53,223 nt of DNA. Origin: Chromera velia. Its lineage: Eukaryota. The notes beneath the pieces were generated by a model, which did no database searches, was not told where the DNA came from, and was given only the letters and a program-made list of their open reading frames with translations. Shown piece by piece: positions 46,011-53,223 of the stretch (position 1 is the first letter of the stretch; every line of letters begins with the position of its first letter). The position numbers were made by a program, and so were the translations under genes. The stretch spans positions 1-53,223 of the forward strand of contig JAHBMJ010000221.1 of NCBI GenBank assembly GCA_018398765.1, in the 5' to 3' direction.

Positions 46011-47966
46011 TACCAACTTTTTTGTAGGCCTTAAAAAGGCTCAAGAAGTTAAAACAAAGCATTTCCCATCGATTCTTACAGGGTCCGACCGATGGCGGAC
46101 ACATAATGCCTGTTAGTCACACATTCAGTCTGACCACATCTTTCCGACTCACTAGGATGTGCAGACACCAGAGGGGTCCTGCTCCTCTAAGGTGCTTATA
46201 GAATCTGTATTCAGTGAGCATAATAGATGCATATCATTGCACTGACCTTGATTATAGCAGATGACGTAGAGGGAAAAGCCTCTGGATGGACCTGGGGGCT
46301 CTTTGCTCGCCATCCACACAGATGCTCCCACAAGAATGCAACACACTCTTTATCCCCACCAAAAATTCTAACAAGCATCAATACTGTCTGCAGCTGGCTG
46401 CAAAGCAAAGACATAAGGAAGATGCAATGTTCAGCATGGCGGAGGAGAGAACAAGGAGCTTACTGGGTGCCACAAAGGTTCTGCTGGAGGGGCAGACAGG
46501 TGTTGCTCATACCGTCTTGAGATGAGGTCACACTCGACCCATCAAAAAGGTCTCCGCGCACAGCCACACCAAAAGGTGAATCCTGGATACACCATAGAGT
46601 CTAACAATGTTGTACAAGGAGAACTGTACCAGTTTTCTAGAAGGATCTGCTTCATAGCCACTCCTGTACATCGAGAACGGTTCAGACTGGGTGTGACTGA
46701 ATGTATCTCGTTGAGCTCATTTTGAGTTTTCGGAGCCGATTTTGAAAGCCGATTTAAACTATGGACTTCTGGTGTGTTCATGCGTGTTCTTTCAGTATTC
46801 CATGATCGACGGTACCATCGACCATTTAAAATAATTTTTAACAATTTTGACTGCATATATAAAAAAAAATTATTTGAACTTTAAAAGTTCTTAAAATAAA
46901 AGTATCTAAAATTTGGTAAACTATGCAAAGTTGTACTTAAATTTTAACTTGAATTAATAAATTTATACATTTTTTTCATTTCTATATGCAGTTTTATACG
47001 TTCAGCCGCAAATAAGTGTAAGTCCATTCAGTTTTTCTATTAAATTCCCACCTAAGAAGACTTTTATAGAAACATTAACTCACAATATATCAATTGCTAT
47101 AGTGAATATGTTGAAAATTCTGCTAGAAATTCCATGTAAAGAAGTCTTTATTGTTTTTTAACTCCATCTTCCCAATGATTCTGCTTTTTAAATTTTAGTA
47201 AGGTAAAAACATTCTATTTGGTCCAAGAAAAGCCAGCATCTAAGCATATGAAAACAGAAAAGAAAACCAGAAAAATGAAACTGGAGCAGACATCATACAC
47301 GCAGACAGATAAGAACGATAAAAACTGAAAGGGTTTTATGTGAGGAGACAAGGAAGATGAAAGTGAAGCAGACTTTCTGCAAGCAGACGGGCTAGCAGAT
47401 AGGAAAGATTGATGAAACTGGAGAGGCCGTCATATATGTAGGCAGGAAAGATGGGAGCACCGAGACCCATCATACAAGCAGGTAAGACGGACGAAAGCAG
47501 AGGAAAGTGGAAAGTCATCGTGCATGCACAGGAAAGATGGAATATAAGAAGACGTCACACAAATCGACAGGAAACATGAAAGCGGAAAAGCTTTCATGCA
47601 AGTCGACAGAAAAGATTCATAAAACTGGAGAGGCCTTTAATATGCACGCAGGAAAGATGGAAGCTAACGGAAAGTGGTCATGCAAGCCGGGAAGACAGAC
47701 AAAAGTGGGGAGTCGGCATGCAAGTAAACAGCGAAGATGGAAGCTGAGAACACGCTATGCAAACCGGCAGGAAACATGGAAGCAAAGACACTTTCATACA
47801 AGTCGACATGTAGAAACAACATAAGTAGAGAGGTGGTCAAACACGCCGGCAGGAAAAATTAAATTAAGATGGAAGCATGGAAAGCCGTCATGCAAGCAAA
47901 CACGACAGAACAAAGCAAGGACCTACCAAGCAAGCAAAAATTAAAAGGAAAGATGGGAATATGAAA

Positions 47967-48247
47967 GTGGAGAGGTTGTCATACAAACAGATAGAAAGAT
48001 GGGAGTGGAGAGGCCGTCGTGCAAACAGACAGAAAGATGGAAGTAGAGAGGCCTTCGTGCAAACAGACAGAAAGATGAGAGTGGAGAGGCAGTCATGCAT
48101 GCAAACAGACAGAAAGAAGGAAGTAGAGAGGCCATCATGCAAACAGACAAAACGATGAACGTGGAAAGGCCATCATGCAAACAGATAGAAAGATGGAAGT
48201 GGAGAGGCTGTCATACAAACAGAGAGAAAGATAAAAGTAGAGAGAAG
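47967..48247. repeat. 38-bp minisatellite (7+ copies; more diverged copies extend left to ~47270)
   Basis: Units start at 47967, 48005, 48043, 48081, 48123, 48161, 48199 and 48237. Consensus GTGGAGAGGCCGTCATGCAAACAGACAGAAAGATGGAA. Confidence 0.9.
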
Positions 48248-48610
48248 TTCAACGTCTGCGTGTCTATCTTTATATAGGAATTCTGGCCTAAAGATTCGAT
48301 TCTCCTGACACGCATCCAGAAAAATGCTTGATTGAACTGTGCAGAGTACACTCATTCTCTGGACTCATTCTCGCAGGAAGGTCAGTCAAAAAACTGCTGC
48401 TTAGCTACATGTACAGACGCAGGATTGACTGCAAATTCGAACTTACTGGTAGGCCTGTTACCCCCATCTAGTCCAGATATATAGGAGAATTTGCAGCTAC
48501 ATTTATCCAATACCATGCAGTTCTTTTTTTTTGTTATCAAAAATCGTAGCTAGCTTATGCTTGCAGGTCAGTCTGACTCATGCAGTCATTTCCTGCAAAT
48601 CTCATACAGT

Positions 48611-51285
48611 CGTGGGTCAATATCTATCTGAGTGTGTCTGGGTACACACTCCAGACTTAGGCGTAGAAGGCCTGACACTCCATCAATGGTGGCACACACT
48701 TTGGATTTCAGTCGTAGCGCTGTGACAGACCGATAAAGGTAACACACACCAGAGATAGAACAGAGTGGACTCTAAAGTAGGACTTAGTGGAATTCAAAGT
48801 AACTTTTAAATTTACTATATTGTAGCTTCATTATAAAGCAAAACTAGGTTATTTAAAACAATCTAGAGCCTTTTAAAGCATTTAAAGTCGTCACTTCTAT
48901 GCAAATCTGCTCAAATATACTCAAAAGACTGGTTGATTAGCTAAGGTGCATGATGGGAAAAATTACGATCACCGCGGCACGTGGAAGTTAGTAAATATTA
49001 CCTACAAAGAAATACACAGGCACAACACTAATGGATATGCTCAAAAGCAACGTTTAGCGCCGCTAATTAAGTACAAAGAATTGCTTCTTCTATAAGGGAA
49101 ACAGTGCAGGAAGGAGGGCTTCATAGCTAGGCTGGTCAGACCAGACAGGAGGTGGTCAGCGGGGGTCAGAAAGGATTCCGAAGAACAGAGCACAGAAACA
49201 ACATAATTCTATTCACAAAGAACTGACACTACACAGCGTAAAAGCTTGCAAATCGTTCTGCGTGTATCAATGAGAAACTGTGAAAAAGAAGGATAAGTCT
49301 GTGGGTAGATCCAGATGTTTAGAGGGAGACCAGTACAGAGTGCCACAAATGAGAAAGAATGAACGAGTAAGGAGCACTTGCGTCAGGATAGTATGGACCG
49401 CTTTAAAAGATTGATACATATGGAGCAAGTAGAAAATATTCAAATGCATGAAAGCTGAGCGATTGGTCTGGGTGGAAAAATGTCTGGCACGACTGAAAGC
49501 TGTGCAAAGCTTCTGAATCAGAAGAGGCTATCAAAAAATGGAGGCTCTGTGTTGGCAGCACTCCATTCACCCATCTGCCAAAAACAGAAAACTACTTTGT
49601 GCACCACACACACCGGACCCAGACAGACGCGCCCCTATGGGACTCTACCTCCTGAACCCCTCCACAGCAAAGCCGGGCTCGCCTTCGTTGAAGGCAGTCT
49701 GCATTCCTGCCCCCCCAATCCCTGCCTGCATGAGTTGCGCAGCAAGTTCATAGAGAGCTGCCTGCTCCTGCGAAGGCTGTTTGGCCACCGCGCCTAAGAC
49801 AGCTAGGTCCTGGCAAGTTCTGCTTGTTCATTGTTCTGCAAGAAGGATTGCAAGAGCAGAAAGCACAGTGCAGAGCAATATAAAGCAACATATAGGTCTT
49901 GAGACTCATACAGAGTAGGAGACAGAATGAGAGCACCGGAGAAAACAAAACAACTTAATTGCCACCAGGCATAACCCTAGGCACAACCAGGTAGCTCTGA
50001 GATGCTTCCAGAAAGCACAAGAGCAGAATGCACAAGTAGAGAAACGTAGGAATCTACTATAAAGCAGTATAGTACAGAGCAATACCCATAGAGGGGCGTT
50101 GAGAAGAGGACACAGACGGAGATGGAAAAAGACAACAGCAACAATGAGCTGAATACTTCCACAGTTGATACTCTACAGACGATTAAAAGTCAACATGCAG
50201 ACATATAGCATACACATTGACCAACCTTCTCTGTAGGTCTTTGCAGGGATGCATTGAAAGCTTCAGGTGATACAAAAATATTTCCTGCTGTCTGTCTAAT
50301 GGTTGAGCAGACGAATCAAGACTAAATACATTCAAGGAGGGCTGCATGCAGAGACTATGATGTAGTCCGTATCCTCCGTGAGACAGCCCCTCAGTCCTCT
50401 TCTGAATCAAATGTTTCTTCTTCTTCTTCTTTTTCTTCTTCTTCTTCTTTTTCTTCTTCCTCTTCTTCTGCTTTTTCCAGGAGGCGATTGAAAGAAGGAG
50501 GAGAGCTTGCTGCAAAATACATCATTCATCCAAATGAGGTGAGAAAGTTTTTAGGAAAAGATGGCAAGAAACAAGAAGTATGGGTAGTTGAAAAGTTGCT
50601 GGTAGCCAGGAAAGAAGGAAGAAAGAAAGAGTACAAAGTAAAGTGGAAAGGCGGTGAAGAGTCTTCGGTGCAAGAAGGTGAGTTCATTGGTTTTTCGCCG
50701 AAAGAGAAGCCTTAGGCAGCTATGGAAAAGAAAAGCAAACAACATGAAAAGAAAAAGAAAACGGCGCAAGCAAAAGTACAAAAAAAGAAGAGATCGTGAT
50801 GGACTGCTGATAGTGAGTCAGAAGATGCCTTGTCATTAGATGATCATGATGAAGATCAAGATTGGGATCAGGGCAGAGCAAGTCCATGCTAGGAGAACCA
50901 GAAGACGCTAAAAAATATAGAGATATGTACAGTCACACTTATCATATAAAAACTCAATTAAAAAATTATAAAAATAGATTTCCATAAACTTTTTTCCCTA
51001 GGAAATCTAAAGAATAAACCAAGCTACCTACTTCAAGTTATAAAAAAAATAATTCTATTTTTATTTATCTTTTTTTTTTTGGGAAAAAAAAAAATCATAG
51101 GTGGTTTGATTTAGAGAACACACTCCAACAATAGGTCTAGCTCATGTGACACTCTACCTGAACACACTCCGATAGACACACTCTGATTAACACACTCCGA
51201 AAATACACTCCGCAAAACATAGTCCGATTTTAGGTCCTAAGCCTCTAGCCTAAGCCCGGAACACTCCGAGAGTTACCGTCCCACG
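48611..51285. mobile_element. Putative decayed TIR DNA transposon (~2.7 kb) with ACACTCC subterminal repeats
   Basis: Left end CGTGGGTCAATATCTATCTGAGTGT aligns with the reverse complement of the right end CGTGGGACGGTAACTCTCGGAGTGT. ACACTCC-like motifs cluster at 48625-48770 and 51115-51270. TSD unclear (possibly CG). Confidence 0.5.
50481..50892 (+). pseudogene. Chromodomain-containing exon relic with basic and acidic tail
   Basis: Follows a (CTT)n tract and TTTCCAG acceptor at 50480. Encodes EVWVVEKLLVARKEGRKKEYKVKWKGGEESSVQE (chromodomain pattern). The frame continues through TAG 50713 and TGA 50797 into KKKKTAQAKVQKKKR and DSESEDALSLDDHDEDQD. Confidence 0.65.
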
Positions 51286-53169
51286 CATGCAGTACGGCTC
51301 CGATGTTTACGCTTGAATACGCTTGAGGGGCACGTTTAGGCTTTTTTCGCAGTCAAGTTCAGTTTCGCAGGGGAGTCGCACGGAGCTGTTACATTGCATG
51401 ACGGATGGGTGTCGAAGTCGGGCAACTTCACGCGTTACCCCTTAAGCCAAGTCGCTGGGGTATACAGATCTAGACAAGAATTAACCGAGGCCCTGGGCCC
51501 TGGTACTAGCTATAACGCCCCGGCAATGTTGATTCGTGCCACGAATCGTGCGCATATAGTTGCTATTCGGGCTCAACTAATTAAGCGATACATAAAAATT
51601 TCTCTATAAGACGGCCTGCGCATGTATATATACTCTGAAGCTTTTTGAACGCCGTTTTCCTCCAAAACTCAACTTGTTTGAGTCGTATAATTCAATCTGC
51701 TTACTCCACAGCAATTGTTGTAGTATAGAGTGAATGCTTGGTGCGTTCCCTGACTCTGTGAGTGTAGCAATATTATAAAAAGAGGAACGTCCCAGCATGT
51801 GCTGCTTATCCCCGACCAAAGGATAATAAAGGATAAAAACTTTTGTTTGTGCCCCCCTTTTGATGCCGGACTCGACGGGAGCACCCACTATGATACGTTG
51901 GCGCACAGTGCGCGCCCACTCTCGTATATTATTATCGCCTCGAGGGGCAGCTTAGCTCTGCTGAGATCAGCCGAGAGGCCCTGAAATCACACGCATTCGC
52001 ATAATACATTTTTTCATTTTTGGGGGGGGGATCGGCTCTGTCTCTGTCACGGTGTTGCCCAAGTCCAAAAATGTGCCCTTCAAGCAACTTGTACAAAGCC
52101 GTGATCACACATGCCTTATAATTATACTTTACGCATACGTACCCCTCAAGTAACTCGCACGGAGTTGCTTCATATATATGACGTACGCGCGATCCCGAAA
52201 AGTATACTTCGCGCGCGTGTTGCCGTGGCTTCCGCCCCATTGCAGCACACAAGACATGCCCAAGCCCCTAATGGTATGCATCAATCAAATATTAACGGAC
52301 CTCCTAAGTGGCCCCCCGAGGCACTCACCCAACTAGTTGGGTGTATCCCATATAATATAGTCCCGGAAAGTGAAGCGGGGGGCACTTACCAAACAATCCC
52401 TTAAGCCCACGCATGCATGCAGCTTTCATAAAAAAAAAGGCCCCAGAAAGCTTTGCTCCAAATTGGCTTAGAAAAGCGGTAGAATAGGCTACGTACATTG
52501 AAACCGATCGCAATGATCCACCCCCCTCCCCCCGGCTCCTGCTTCTCTAAGTAAGTTCTCTCTCTCGCAAAAGATGCGAAGAAGAAAAAAAAAGAAGAAG
52601 AGAAAGTCCCCCACCTTCTTTTTCCGAGAGAAGAAGAGGAGAAGCTTCTGGAGAAGGTGCAAAGAAGAGAAGGAAAAAAGAAGAGAAATAGAGAATCGTC
52701 GCTCCGTCTCCTTCTTGCCAACCTGTTTTTTTACTTTTAGCATGTTCGTCTGCTTTCTGTTTCCCGGTCTCCTTCTTACCTGCTTACTGCTTTTCTTTGG
52801 GCACGCTTGTCTAGCAGTGCATTTCGTCTGCCCGTCTCCTGCTTACCTGCTTGCCTTTTTCCTTCTATCACGCCCGCCTATGTTCTGTCTGCCCGTCTCC
52901 ATGCTGTATGTTCGTTCTTTTTTTTTTAGCACGCTTGCTTCAGTTCCATCAGCCTGCATTGTGCCTGCCCGTCTCCTTTCCTCCAGGACATTGGGCCGCA
53001 TTTTGTCTGACCGCCTCGTTCTTGCGCGCGTGCATCTTTCCTTCCAGCATGTCATCCTGCATTGTGTATTTCCGTCTCTTTTTGGCCCGCTTGCTTCTAT
53101 ATTTCTAGCGCGCCCAGCTCAATTTTGTCCGCAAAGAGAAAGAAATAGAAAGAAAAGAACGACAGAACA

Positions 53170-53187
53170 GAGAGAGAGAAGAGAAAC

Positions 53188-53223
<36 letters not shown>
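53170..53223. repeat. (GA)n microsatellite at the window end
   Basis: Directly visible. Confidence 0.9.

Noticed and set aside
47967..48247. CRISPR-like array
   Set aside because: Units are contiguous with no unique spacers, there are no cas genes, and the context is eukaryotic.
51300..52420. TTAA-flanked (piggyBac/Kolobok-like) element suggested by CCCTTAAGCC at ~51439 and ~52398
   Set aside because: The motifs are in direct, not inverted, orientation; no TIR pair or transposase motif was found.

Overview
Eukaryotic, intron- and microsatellite-rich genomic DNA. Its style (GC-rich exons, SSR-filled introns, GTCAGT/GTGAGT donors) suggests a protist such as a chromerid alveolate; this is inference only. 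Apparently intact genes: an intronless orphan type-I membrane protein (3914-5473, +); a spliced CAP/SCP-domain gene (starts 20815, -, 3' end unresolved); an intronless arsenite S-adenosylmethionine methyltransferase ArsM/AS3MT (21467-22594, +) head-to-head with it; and a many-exon MTR4-like DExH RNA helicase (29651-42214, +). Between them lie TpA-rich decayed islands: a Gag pseudogene of an LTR-type retrotransposon, two hAT-type non-autonomous elements with TIRs and 8-bp TSDs, an intron-containing Nup98 pseudogene, a CRE-like non-LTR reverse transcriptase relic, a 38-bp minisatellite, and a TIR-bounded element with a chromodomain relic. The most striking signal is that the premature stops I traced in these copies, the TSD/TIR mismatches of both hAT elements, and many minisatellite variants are explained by C-to-T transitions at CpA or CpG. 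This resembles a RIP-like or methylation-driven repeat-mutagenesis system, here apparently outside fungi.
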